From positions 451 through 64,450 of the forward strand of contig JBBQQN010000001.1 of NCBI GenBank assembly GCA_038215845.1: DNA of 64,000 nt, read 5' to 3'. Positions 28,651-38,422 of this stretch are shown here, in pieces (position 1 is the first letter of the stretch; each line of letters begins with the position of its first letter). The notes under the pieces are model-generated. The model saw only the letters and a list, made by a program, of their open reading frames with translations, had not been told where the DNA came from and ran no database searches. The stretch comes from Flavobacteriales bacterium (GTDB lineage Bacteria; Bacteroidota; Bacteroidia; Flavobacteriales; Flavobacteriaceae). Made by a program: the position numbers and the translations under genes.

Positions 28651-30000
28651 ATGGAAAAAATGAAAATAAATAAAAAAATACATAAAATAGGTTTCCTGCT
28701 TTGCACTATGCTCCTATTAGCTTCTTGCGAGGTGCAGGAATTTTCAGACCTTAACAATCCTGAAGTAGATGGTTTTGAAACAGGCCTCACTCGGGGTGAT
28801 CTGCAGGACCTTGTGGGAGGTATTCTTTATAGTTCCAGAATAAATTTAGGAACTTACTATGACGATTGTGGTGTGCTGGGCCGGGAATGGTGGAGGTTTT
28901 CAAGTTCCGATCCTCGCTTTACCACAGATTTGCTTGGCAAGGGCGATGCTCAGTTAGATAACAACACTTTTTATATAACAAACCCTTGGTCGGCAAGATA
29001 CAGAACCGTAAAAAATGCAAATTTAATTCTTGGATTTTTGGATGGACAGGATCTTTCTGCACAATTCACTAATGCAGAAGTGACAGCAACAAAAGGATTG
29101 CTCAAGACTTTTATAGCATACGAACTTTTGCTAAACTTAAATCTGACAGATGTAAACGGAATCCGTTTGGATGTTACCGATCCCAATAATTTAGGTCCCT
29201 TTGTCACTAAGGCAGAGGCATTGGCTGGGATACGTTCACTTCTGGTTGAAGGCGCAAGCGATCTTGCAAACGGTGGGGACGAATTTCCTTTTGTCTTATC
29301 CTCTGGCTTTAGTGGTTTTGATACTCCCGATACATTTTTAAAGGCAAACAGGGCTATTTCCGCGAGAGTCGCGGCTTATCAAGCCGATTTTCCTGCGGTA
29401 CTCTCGTTCCTTAGTCAGTCTTTTTTCACTTTGAATGCTAATGATCTTAACACGGGGATTTATTACGTATTTTCAGAAGATCAGACCGATCTCTTGAACC
29501 CTATGTTTTTTATTGTGGACGCAACCACAGCAAATGCCCGTATTATGTACCCAAGTTTTGTGCCTGATGCCGAACCGGGAGATACCCGCTTAAACAAAGT
29601 GGCACTGCGTACCGAACCTCTTACATTGGATGGCTTAACTGGAGATTATTCTGTATTTCTATATAAAACCAATACTGATCCTATTGCTATAATACGCAAT
29701 GAGGAACTCATTCTCCTCTATGCCGAAGCGAACATAACAATCAATCCAACAGAAACGGTCAATGCATTGAACATGATTAGGCAGAGCGCTGGCCTTGGTC
29801 CTTATACTGGACCAACAGATTCGGCATCTTTAATTGATGAAATGCTCAACCAACGCCGTTATTCATTGTACGCCGAAGGCCACCGATGGGTAGATATGAG
29901 ACGTTATAACCGTTTGGGTCAAGTGGCAGATCCAGCGTTCGAAAGGCCGGAAGACGATGTGTTCTCTCTTTTCCCTATTCCTTTAACCGAAAACCAGTAA
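28651..30000 (+). CDS. SusD/RagB-family nutrient-binding lipoprotein
   Basis: 449 aa with lipobox LLASC. It starts 2 nt after the susC-like gene. The C-terminal RRYSLYAEGHRWVDMRRY motif is present. Confidence 0.85.
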   Translation: MEKMKINKKIHKIGFLLCTMLLLASCEVQEFSDLNNPEVDGFETGLTRGDLQDLVGGILYSSRINLGTYYDDCGVLGREWWRFSSSDPRFTTDLLGKGDAQLDNNTFYITNPWSARYRTVKNANLILGFLDGQDLSAQFTNAEVTATKGLLKTFIAYELLLNLNLTDVNGIRLDVTDPNNLGPFVTKAEALAGIRSLLVEGASDLANGGDEFPFVLSSGFSGFDTPDTFLKANRAISARVAAYQADFPAVLSFLSQSFFTLNANDLNTGIYYVFSEDQTDLLNPMFFIVDATTANARIMYPSFVPDAEPGDTRLNKVALRTEPLTLDGLTGDYSVFLYKTNTDPIAIIRNEELILLYAEANITINPTETVNALNMIRQSAGLGPYTGPTDSASLIDEMLNQRRYSLYAEGHRWVDMRRYNRLGQVADPAFERPEDDVFSLFPIPLTENQ

Positions 30001-30161
30001 TCCTGAACAATAAAAAAACCCATCATGGTCATTATTACACAAAATCATTTGGAAAATCAGGCCAAGGAGCACCCCAATAAAACCTTGGGATAATGGCCAC
30101 AAAATGATAAGTGGTTTTGAAGGGATTATTATATATTAGTAAAGAAATACTCTTTACATAT

Positions 30162-30199
30162 AAAGACTTGCAAGATTTTGGAAACCTTGCAAGTCTTTT
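30162..30199. terminator. Bidirectional terminator (susD-like / RND)
   Basis: A perfect 13-bp stem aaagacttgcaag / cttgcaagtcttt, with an 11-nt loop. Confidence 0.6.
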
Positions 30200-30245
30200 A
30201 TATAACTTAAAAATTAAGTTCTCGACTCTCGAATTGACAAAGACA

Positions 30246-33200
30246 TTATTGATTCTCGATTCGCAGTTGTTCCTTCTCCTTCAACTTTTTTAAATCCTTC
30301 AGCCTTCTCTTTTTTCTGAATTTAATCTTGGCTCGGTTCACTAAATAGAACATTACCGGCACAACAATCAAAGTTAGGAAGGTGGCGAAAATCAATCCGA
30401 AGATTACCGTCCACGCCAGTGGTCCCCAGAAAATTACATTGTCCCCGCCTATATAAATATTCGGGTTATAATCTGTAAACAACCCAAAGAAATCTATGTT
30501 TAGACCTATAGCCAAAGGTATAAGCCCCAAAACGGTAGTAATTGCAGTAAGCAATACAGGGCGCAGTCGCGATTTTCCTCCAGCCACGATGAGGTCGAAA
30601 TACTGACGCTTGGTGAGCATATCATCATCGTCCATTTCAAGATCGCTCATTTTTCGGTCTATCAAAATCTGGGTGTAATCTATGAGTACGATAGCGTTGT
30701 TCACCACAATACCTGCAAGTGAAATAATACCCATCATCGTCATAATAATCACAAAGTCCATATGAAAAATGACCAGCCCAAGGAAAACCCCTGCCAAACT
30801 TAGCACCACTGAAGTTAAAATAATCACCGGTTTGGAAAGCGAGTTGAACTGTGCCACAAGTATCAGCAAAATCCCGCCTAGGGCATAAAACAATGCCAAC
30901 AATAAGAAGCCCATGTTATCTGCCTGTTCTTCCTGTTCACCAGTAAAAGAAAGGTTTATATCTTTTGGAAGTTCATAATTCTGGAGTTCGGTTTTTAAGT
31001 CGTTTACAATCTCTGTGGGATTATAACCACCAATTACGTTGGAATAAACTGTTATAGTCCTTTTTAAATCTTTCCTTTTAATAGCACTGAAGGAAGACGT
31101 ATTGTACTTTGTAACCATTGCAGAAATTGGAACCTGCACAATTTTCCCTTCATTGTTTCGGAAGGTAATTGGCTGATTGAAAAGGGCACTCTCGTCATAA
31201 CGGGATTTTTCGGAAAGCCGGACGTTAATTTCGTAATCATCATCGCCTTCTTTGTAGGTGGAAGCTTCTTCCCCAAAAATGGCGCGACGCAGAGTTTGTC
31301 CAATCTGACCAGTGGAAATGCCCAGTTGTCCCGCTTTTTCACGGTTTACTGTCACATCCATTTCGGGTTTGCTTTTGTTTACGTCAATTTTCAGTTCCTC
31401 AATACCACTAATGCCTATACCTTCAATATAAGAGCGCAGGTTTTCAGCTTCTCGAAGCATGTCTTCATAATTTTCGCCACTCAATTCAATATTGACTGGA
31501 TAACCAACGGGCGGGCCCGCGGCATCTTTTTCAACAATAATGGAAGCTCCGGGGAAACCTTTTACAGATTCGCGTACCTCTTCCAAAACGGTACTACTTT
31601 TTACACCACGGCGCAGTTGAAAGTCGCGCATGGAAAGTGTTATTTTTCCCTTTTGCGGCATTTCGTTACTTTGCCCACCATCGGTCTGTGGATTTCCAGC
31701 ACCTTGGCCTACCTGCGAAATGGCAGATTCCACCATATAATTGTAGCCATTATCGTCATATTTTGAAATGGCATCAAAAACCTGTTTTTCTACTTGCTTT
31801 GTAAGCTCGTTGGTCTTTTCAATATCGGTTCCCTGTGGATATTCTATGTAGGTAATAATTTGATTGGGTTCGTTTTCAGGAAAAAAGAGCACGTTGGGCT
31901 GCACAATTCCTACTAAAACAAAAGAGAGGATTAAGAGAATAATTGTTCCAAAGAAGAACACGTATGCTTTTCTTCCGCGCAAGGCGTATTTCAGAATCTT
32001 TTCGTAGAAATTTTCCAGTTTTTTAAGTGATTTATACTGAAAATAATCCACGGCTCCTGCCAAGAAATATTTGTAAACCCAAAGCATAATGGCAGTAAGA
32101 ATTGCCAAGTTTCCAAAACCACGGAAAGCGGCTACATCCATCGCAAATCCTGCAACCAAAAGCAAAATCCCCACGCCCAATAGAATTAAACTCCAGCGGA
32201 TAAGTTTCTTTTTTGTCATTGGTTCTTCTTCAGTTTTCATAAATTCTGAAGTAAGCATAGAGTTTATAATCAGCGCCACAAAAAGCGATGACGACAGCAC
32301 TACCGAAAGCGTGATAGGGAAATAAATCATAAACTTCCCAATAGTTCCCGGCCAAAGTCCAAGTGGGAAAAACGCAGCCAATGTGGTTGCAGTAGAGGCA
32401 ATAATAGGCCAAGCAATTTCGCCCATCCCTTGTTTCGCAGCTTTTCGCGGAGGCATACCTTCGCTCATTAAAGTGTATACGTTCTCAACCACCACAATAC
32501 CATTATCCACCAACATACCCAGACCCATAACGAGTCCGAATAGGACCATAGTGTTCAGCGTAAAGCCCATTGCCGACAGGATAAACAGCGACATAAGCAT
32601 AGAAAGTGGAATTGCGAAACCTACAAATAAAGCGTTTCGGAAACCTAAGAAAAACATCAAAACAAGTACAACCAAGATTACCCCGAAAATGATGTTGTTT
32701 ACCAAATCATTTACTTGGTTTTCGGTTTTTATTGATTGGTCATTCGTTAAGCTTATATGCAGGCTTTTGGGCAAATAGTTTTCCTGTTCTTCAGCTACTA
32801 TTTTTTTGATCTGCTCTACTGCCTCGATCATGTTTTTTCCAGCACGTTTTTTTACATCCAGCATCACTACGGGTTGGCCGTATTCACGTGCATAGGTGGT
32901 GGCATCTTTCTCCTTAAATTTTATTTCGGCTATGTCTTTGAGGAAAATAACCCCATCGTCTTTTTTAACAACTACATTTTCCAGTTCTTTTGGGTCTTCA
33001 ATCTCACCCGTAATACGTATGTTTTTTTGAACTCCGTTAGTTATAATGTTTCCACCGGAAATGGTATTGTTTTCACCCTTCACCGCATTTATAATATTGT
33101 CAAAACTTACCTGCGAAGCGGTCATTTTGTAAATGTCAACTGCAATTTCAATTTCTTTTTCTTCGGCTCCGCGGACGGTAGCTTCTTTAATTTGTGGTAA

Positions 33201-33740
33201 AAGTTCTATTTTATCCTGAAGATATTCGGCATAATCTTTCAACTGTTGTACAGGATAATCTCCTGTGAGGTTTATGTTTAGAATTGGCATTTCTTCAGAA
33301 AAATTCAAATCGAAAACATTGGGTTCAACCTTAGCACCATTGGTAAGTACGGGCCAAGTTGTCTCTGCTTTTACTTGGTCTACTTTGTCTTTTACAGACT
33401 GTTTGGCAACTGGGATTTCAACATTTTCTTCAAATTCCACAATAATAATGGAATAATCCTGAAGGGTTGTTGAAGTAATTTCCTTTACCCCGGCAACGTC
33501 TTTAAATTCTTCTTCCAAAGGTTCGGTGATGAATTTTTCAACATCCTCTGCGGAGTTTCCAGGATTTACAGAGCTAACGTAAATTTTGGTTTCAATAATC
33601 TCTGGGAAAGCCTCGCGTGGCATACTGTAATAGGCATAGGCACCCAGAAATAGGATGATAGCCATAATTACATAGACCGTCATTTTATTATCAATGGCCC
33701 AAGACGAGATACTAAATTCTTTATATGGATTTTTGCTCAT
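30246..33740 (-). CDS. RND efflux transporter permease (AcrB/CzcA superfamily)
   Basis: 1164 aa with 12-TM RND architecture and two large periplasmic loops. Confidence 0.9.
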   Translation of the reverse strand: MSKNPYKEFSISSWAIDNKMTVYVIMAIILFLGAYAYYSMPREAFPEIIETKIYVSSVNPGNSAEDVEKFITEPLEEEFKDVAGVKEITSTTLQDYSIIIVEFEENVEIPVAKQSVKDKVDQVKAETTWPVLTNGAKVEPNVFDLNFSEEMPILNINLTGDYPVQQLKDYAEYLQDKIELLPQIKEATVRGAEEKEIEIAVDIYKMTASQVSFDNIINAVKGENNTISGGNIITNGVQKNIRITGEIEDPKELENVVVKKDDGVIFLKDIAEIKFKEKDATTYAREYGQPVVMLDVKKRAGKNMIEAVEQIKKIVAEEQENYLPKSLHISLTNDQSIKTENQVNDLVNNIIFGVILVVLVLMFFLGFRNALFVGFAIPLSMLMSLFILSAMGFTLNTMVLFGLVMGLGMLVDNGIVVVENVYTLMSEGMPPRKAAKQGMGEIAWPIIASTATTLAAFFPLGLWPGTIGKFMIYFPITLSVVLSSSLFVALIINSMLTSEFMKTEEEPMTKKKLIRWSLILLGVGILLLVAGFAMDVAAFRGFGNLAILTAIMLWVYKYFLAGAVDYFQYKSLKKLENFYEKILKYALRGRKAYVFFFGTIILLILSFVLVGIVQPNVLFFPENEPNQIITYIEYPQGTDIEKTNELTKQVEKQVFDAISKYDDNGYNYMVESAISQVGQGAGNPQTDGGQSNEMPQKGKITLSMRDFQLRRGVKSSTVLEEVRESVKGFPGASIIVEKDAAGPPVGYPVNIELSGENYEDMLREAENLRSYIEGIGISGIEELKIDVNKSKPEMDVTVNREKAGQLGISTGQIGQTLRRAIFGEEASTYKEGDDDYEINVRLSEKSRYDESALFNQPITFRNNEGKIVQVPISAMVTKYNTSSFSAIKRKDLKRTITVYSNVIGGYNPTEIVNDLKTELQNYELPKDINLSFTGEQEEQADNMGFLLLALFYALGGILLILVAQFNSLSKPVIILTSVVLSLAGVFLGLVIFHMDFVIIMTMMGIISLAGIVVNNAIVLIDYTQILIDRKMSDLEMDDDDMLTKRQYFDLIVAGGKSRLRPVLLTAITTVLGLIPLAIGLNIDFFGLFTDYNPNIYIGGDNVIFWGPLAWTVIFGLIFATFLTLIVVPVMFYLVNRAKIKFRKKRRLKDLKKLKEKEQLRIENQ

Positions 33741-33755
33741 GATGCAAAGGGTTTC

Positions 33756-34916
33756 TTAGTTTTTGATGGTTACTTTTTGACCGTCGCGAAGGGTTTTGGC
33801 ACCTTCCTTAATAATAGTATCACCTTTTTTAAGGCCAGATTTTACTTCCGTATGGTTTTCGTAAGAAAGACCTGTTTCAAGAATAACACGCTTTGCCACA
33901 CCTACAGAATCGTTTACTGGTTGGTATAAATAAGCGATAGTTTCGCCTTCGGCATTTTCCTGTAAAATATTTTCGGGAACTGTTATAGCTCCTTCAGCGC
34001 TGTAATCGTTCACTTTTACTGTTGCGATGAGGTTGGGTTTTACCAATCCGTCTTTATTTGGAATTTCAACCTGTATGTCGAAACTTCTGTTGTTCGGGTT
34101 TATGTAATTGCTTACTTGGCGAACTGTTCCGGTGAACTCTTCATTAATTGAAGCTAGATTTACTTTTACCTGTGTTCCTTTTTTGATGTTCTTTAAATAA
34201 TTTTCAGGTATGGATGCTTTCACATACATATCGCTCAAATTCACTAAACGGATTATAGGCGTTTGGCCGGGAACAACCACTTGTCCGGGATCTGAAATAA
34301 TTTCGTCCACCACACCACTAAAAGGGGCGATAATTATTGTTTTTCCCAATTGTGTACGCATTTGCTGGGTGGCATTTTTAGCAGCTTCATAACTGGTTTT
34401 AGCCTGAAGAAACTGAATCTCAGAACCTATTTTTTGATTCCAAAGCTTTTCCTGACGCTCAAAAGTGGTTTTTGCCAATGCCAATTGTGCTTCCTGCTGC
34501 GCTACTTGACTAGACATACCGCCATCATCTATTTTTGCAAGACGTTGACCTTTTGAAACACGTTGGCCTTCCTTCACATAAACGTTGGTAAGCACGCCCG
34601 AATATTCAGCGTTTAAAACTACGTTTTGATCCGTTTCCACATTGCCCTGAACTTCTACATAATGCTGAAAAATAGAATCCTTTATTACCTCAGCAGTAAT
34701 CAAAGCCGGACGTTCACTTTTTTCATGTTCATCTATATATTCGTTGAGCTTATCGATATCTGCCTTAAGATCGCGTTGCTGTTTATTCAGTTCGGCACGT
34801 TTCGATTTTACTGCTGCCATATCGCCAGCACCAATTACAGCATCGACCGATTGGTTATCACCGCCACAGGACGCAAGCGTGATTAGCATTATTAGAAATA
34901 GAATTGATTTTTTCAT
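33756..34916 (-). CDS. RND efflux periplasmic adaptor (HlyD/MFP family) lipoprotein
   Basis: The start at 34916 gives MKKSILFLIMLITLASCGG, a lipoprotein signal peptide. Coiled-coil and beta-barrel segments follow. The longer ORF would overlap the TolC-like gene. Confidence 0.85.
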   Translation of the reverse strand: MKKSILFLIMLITLASCGGDNQSVDAVIGAGDMAAVKSKRAELNKQQRDLKADIDKLNEYIDEHEKSERPALITAEVIKDSIFQHYVEVQGNVETDQNVVLNAEYSGVLTNVYVKEGQRVSKGQRLAKIDDGGMSSQVAQQEAQLALAKTTFERQEKLWNQKIGSEIQFLQAKTSYEAAKNATQQMRTQLGKTIIIAPFSGVVDEIISDPGQVVVPGQTPIIRLVNLSDMYVKASIPENYLKNIKKGTQVKVNLASINEEFTGTVRQVSNYINPNNRSFDIQVEIPNKDGLVKPNLIATVKVNDYSAEGAITVPENILQENAEGETIAYLYQPVNDSVGVAKRVILETGLSYENHTEVKSGLKKGDTIIKEGAKTLRDGQKVTIKN

Positions 34917-34956
34917 TTGTTGATTTATTTTAAAGTCGATTAGTTGAGATATGTTT

Positions 34957-36336
34957 TTAATATTGGCCTTTAATTTCTTCAGAATTGATTCGCAACTTCG
35001 GAATATTAAGAACCGTTTCAAGGTTCGCCTTTTCATTTATTACTTGTTGCATTGATTGAAAATATTGCTGCTGTGCAGCATATAATTGTGTTTGAGCTTG
35101 TCTTAAATCGAAGCTAGTAGAAATACCTTCCGTGAATTTTATTTGGTTTTTGTTTTCAATGCGCTCAGCCAAAGCAAGGTTTTTCTTAGAATTTTCATAA
35201 TTCTCTACTGCGAATTGATAATTACTTTGGGCCGTTGTTAAGTCAAGTTTTATTTGTTGTTTCGTTTGTTCCAAATCGGTTTTTGCTTGCTCCCATGCAA
35301 TACGTGTTCGCTGGCTAGCTGCACTGCGCTGACCGCTGCTGAAAATAGGGATATTCAAGCTTACGCCTAAAACTGACGATTGGTACCAAACTTGATCGCC
35401 ATTGAAAAAACTGAAATCTTCACTATTTGCGGAAGTGCCATAATTTACAAAAGCTGATAGCCTTGGTAGAGCTTTACTTTTTTCCAAACGATTTTCGAAA
35501 TAGCGTTGCTCCACAAGGTTGTTGCCAATTTTATAATCTACATTATCTTCAATATTAAGGGAAGTGTCCAAAAGCGAGAGGGTAATATTTGTATCGGCCA
35601 ATTGGTCCAATGTATCGGTAAGTACTACGGGAGCCTCAACATCAATACCCAAAGATAGATTGAACATTTGCTTTGCAATGGCTTGGCTTCTACGGGCATT
35701 ATTAAGTTGCGTGTCTATGTCCAATAGCGTTATTTCAAGCTGTTCTACGCTCTCTTCTTCTGTTAAACCATTTTCAAAAATCTTTTGGGTTTCATCCAGA
35801 TTTTTTTCAAGATTGGTTTTGTTTTTTTCGAAAATATCAACCAATTCCTGCGAAAGTAACACACTCCCATAGGCATTGATTACTCCCTTTCTAACCTCCA
35901 ACCTAGTTTTTTCATTGTAATTTTCGGAATATCTCAAAAATGCTTTTGCAGCTTTTAGCCCAACCAAATAGCTTCCGTCAAAAATCAATTGGTTGAGGGT
36001 GGCTACGGCATTTGCGTTTTGCTTTGTTCCGAAAGTAACGGGAAGAAATGTCCCCGGCTCACCGCCGCTAAATTCAGAAGGGATAAGCGTTACAGGTTGT
36101 TTTAAATTGTTATTGTACGAAACATTGCCATCAATCTGTGGTAGCCCCGTGGCGGTAGTTTCCCACTTTTGCTTCAAAGCCTTTGCAATTTCCCTCCGGG
36201 CATTGATTGAAGTATAGCTACTGTCCAAAGCAAAGGTTACCGCTTCTTCCAAGCTGAAACTATAATCTTTTTTTTCCTGCGAAAAACCTATGGCAGAAAT
36301 GAATATAAAGCTGAAAATTAAAAGTTTTTTACTCAT
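34957..36336 (-). CDS. TolC-family outer-membrane efflux protein
   Basis: 459 aa with a signal peptide and a duplicated helical repeat structure. Confidence 0.85.
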   Translation of the reverse strand: MSKKLLIFSFIFISAIGFSQEKKDYSFSLEEAVTFALDSSYTSINARREIAKALKQKWETTATGLPQIDGNVSYNNNLKQPVTLIPSEFSGGEPGTFLPVTFGTKQNANAVATLNQLIFDGSYLVGLKAAKAFLRYSENYNEKTRLEVRKGVINAYGSVLLSQELVDIFEKNKTNLEKNLDETQKIFENGLTEEESVEQLEITLLDIDTQLNNARRSQAIAKQMFNLSLGIDVEAPVVLTDTLDQLADTNITLSLLDTSLNIEDNVDYKIGNNLVEQRYFENRLEKSKALPRLSAFVNYGTSANSEDFSFFNGDQVWYQSSVLGVSLNIPIFSSGQRSAASQRTRIAWEQAKTDLEQTKQQIKLDLTTAQSNYQFAVENYENSKKNLALAERIENKNQIKFTEGISTSFDLRQAQTQLYAAQQQYFQSMQQVINEKANLETVLNIPKLRINSEEIKGQY

Positions 36337-36940
36337 TGGATTGGTTGTCTTTAATGAATTTATTAAGTGTCTGAAAACCTTCTTTCGTTACAATACCACG
36401 CAAATGATACTCCAGGTATTCCTCCGTGATTAATTTGGCAGAGAACATTTCAATGGGAAAAAGGTTTAGGTCCTTGGTGCCGTGAATGCCTAAAAAATAA
36501 AGGCGGGCGATTAACTCTATATTCATATTACTGCGGTAAAGCCCCATTTCGATTCCTTTTCGCAGATTTTTTCGCGTACACTCCATCATTTTTTCAAAAT
36601 GATTTTCCTTTAGACTTTCGCTTATTTCGGGATAATATTTTTGGAGTTGGTACTGGGGCGAGGATTGATCGTCCTCAAGTTTGCCCATTACAAACTTTTT
36701 GATTTCGTAGAGTTCCTCAATAGGGTTTTGCTCAAGGGAACAAATAGCGTCAATACCATCTGTGATGTTATGCATAATTCCGCAGGTACACTCCTTTACC
36801 AATTGGGTTTTATTTTTGAAATAGGTATAGATTGTTTTTTTTGAAATAGCCATTTCATTGGCAATATCATCCATGGTTACACTCTTAAAACCCAGTTTTA
36901 GGAAAAGCTCTGTAGCTTTTTGAATAATTTTTTCTTTCAT
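36329..36940 (-). CDS. TetR/AcrR-family transcriptional regulator
   Basis: N-terminal HTH FKSVTMDDIANEMAISKKTIYTYF. Its stop codon overlaps the TolC-like start by 8 nt. Confidence 0.85.
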   Translation of the reverse strand: MKEKIIQKATELFLKLGFKSVTMDDIANEMAISKKTIYTYFKNKTQLVKECTCGIMHNITDGIDAICSLEQNPIEELYEIKKFVMGKLEDDQSSPQYQLQKYYPEISESLKENHFEKMMECTRKNLRKGIEMGLYRSNMNIELIARLYFLGIHGTKDLNLFPIEMFSAKLITEEYLEYHLRGIVTKEGFQTLNKFIKDNQSNE

Positions 36941-37091
36941 AATAAGCTGCAAATGTATAACAAGGAAACTATTAAAACAAAAAAAGTTTCCAAAGTTTTG
37001 TAAATTTAATATTACGGAAATTCTAAGGCTATTTTAAGTGATTAATTGTGTCCATTTGTATTGCATGTTTTACTTTAGCGAAAATTTTTTA

Positions 37092-38066
37092 ATGGAAGTC
37101 TTGAAGAAATATAATGATGTGCTTCACCAATATTTGGAAACAGCTGTCGATAAAAAGGAACCTGCCCGGCTATACGAACCTGTTCGTTATATCCTTTCAT
37201 TGGGCGGAAAAAGAATACGGCCAGCCTTAACGTTGATGATCTGTGATTTTTTTGGTACTGATTTCAAAAAAGCTATTCCCGCAGCCTTGGCCATTGAAAT
37301 GTTCCATAATTTTTCATTAATTCACGATGATATTATGGACGATGCCCCTTTGCGAAGGGGAGAACAGACAGTTCATGAAAAATGGGATACCAATACCGCT
37401 ATTCTTTCTGGGGATGCCATGTTAATTTTGGCTTACCGTTTTTTTGAAAGCTACGAACCCCAGATGTTTCAAGAACTGGCAAAACTGTTTAGCAAGACCG
37501 CACTGCAGGTGTGCGAAGGCCAACAAAACGACATGGATTTTGAAACAAGGGAGGATGTGAATTTAGCAGAATACATTCAAATGATTGACCATAAAACCGC
37601 AGTATTGTTAGGGGCGGCTATGGAAATGGGTGCTATTGTTGCCGGGGCTTCAAAAAATGACCAAGACAAAATTTATGAGTTTGGCCGTAACTTGGGAATT
37701 GCCTTTCAATTGCAGGATGATTATCTAGACGTATTTGGAAACCCTGATACTTTTGGGAAACAAGTAGGGGGCGATATTATTTCGAATAAAAAGACTTTTC
37801 TTTATTTGATGGCAATTGAACAAGGTTCTACAGAACAGGCAGAAGATCTTCAGCATCTTTATTCCATCAGTCCAAAAGATCCTCAGGATAAAATTTCCAG
37901 CGTAAAGGAAATTCTTCTCGCTACTGGCGCAGCGGATACTACTCGTGCCGAAATTGAAAAATATAGTAATTTGGCGTTTGAGGTATTAAATGGAATAAGT
38001 ATTTCAGAAAAAAAGCGAGAAATACTGCTCAATTTTGGGAAGGGACTGATGCTTAGAAAAGTATAA
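37092..38066 (+). CDS. Polyprenyl diphosphate synthase (trans-isoprenyl, GGPP/FPP-type)
   Basis: First and second Asp-rich motifs LIHDDIMDD and QLQDDYLD are present. Confidence 0.85.
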   Translation: MEVLKKYNDVLHQYLETAVDKKEPARLYEPVRYILSLGGKRIRPALTLMICDFFGTDFKKAIPAALAIEMFHNFSLIHDDIMDDAPLRRGEQTVHEKWDTNTAILSGDAMLILAYRFFESYEPQMFQELAKLFSKTALQVCEGQQNDMDFETREDVNLAEYIQMIDHKTAVLLGAAMEMGAIVAGASKNDQDKIYEFGRNLGIAFQLQDDYLDVFGNPDTFGKQVGGDIISNKKTFLYLMAIEQGSTEQAEDLQHLYSISPKDPQDKISSVKEILLATGAADTTRAEIEKYSNLAFEVLNGISISEKKREILLNFGKGLMLRKV

Positions 38067-38422
38067 AAATATAGCCATAGCTTTACAATAATGATAGAAT
38101 TATAACGCCCAAAAAGTTTTCGTTGCTTCTTTAAAAGGAATGACTGTTTCAAAAAGAACATCATTTATTTTAAAAAGCAATTAGGGAATTTTCCGAAATA
38201 TTTCATTATTTTACTCCTATCCATCCTTTTTCAATCCTAAAGAAAATTCCACTTAAAAAAGTACTATAAAAAACTAGTTTTTTGGGGATTGTGATTTCAC
38301 TCCTTTTATTGGGAATATTTTAAGAATCACTAAGTATAAATATGTAAAATCAAGTCAGCTATTTTGTGTATTTATTGTACTTTTGTACCGTTTTAAACAA
38401 AAATTCCCTTTGCAAATTTATC

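Noticed and set aside
30111-30293. A 60-aa plus-strand ORF between the susD-like and RND genes.
   Set aside because: It runs through the 13-bp terminator stem and into the RND gene's 3' end. It has no motif and is exactly at the length cut-off.
34917-35036. An N-terminal extension of the RND adaptor ORF. Similar upstream extensions occur at 11982, 16296, 37038, 38366, 46814, 23709, 46083 and 36952.
   Set aside because: The extensions overlap neighbouring genes or terminators, or precede a much better signal peptide, lipobox or conserved N-terminus at an internal ATG. The shorter starts were used.
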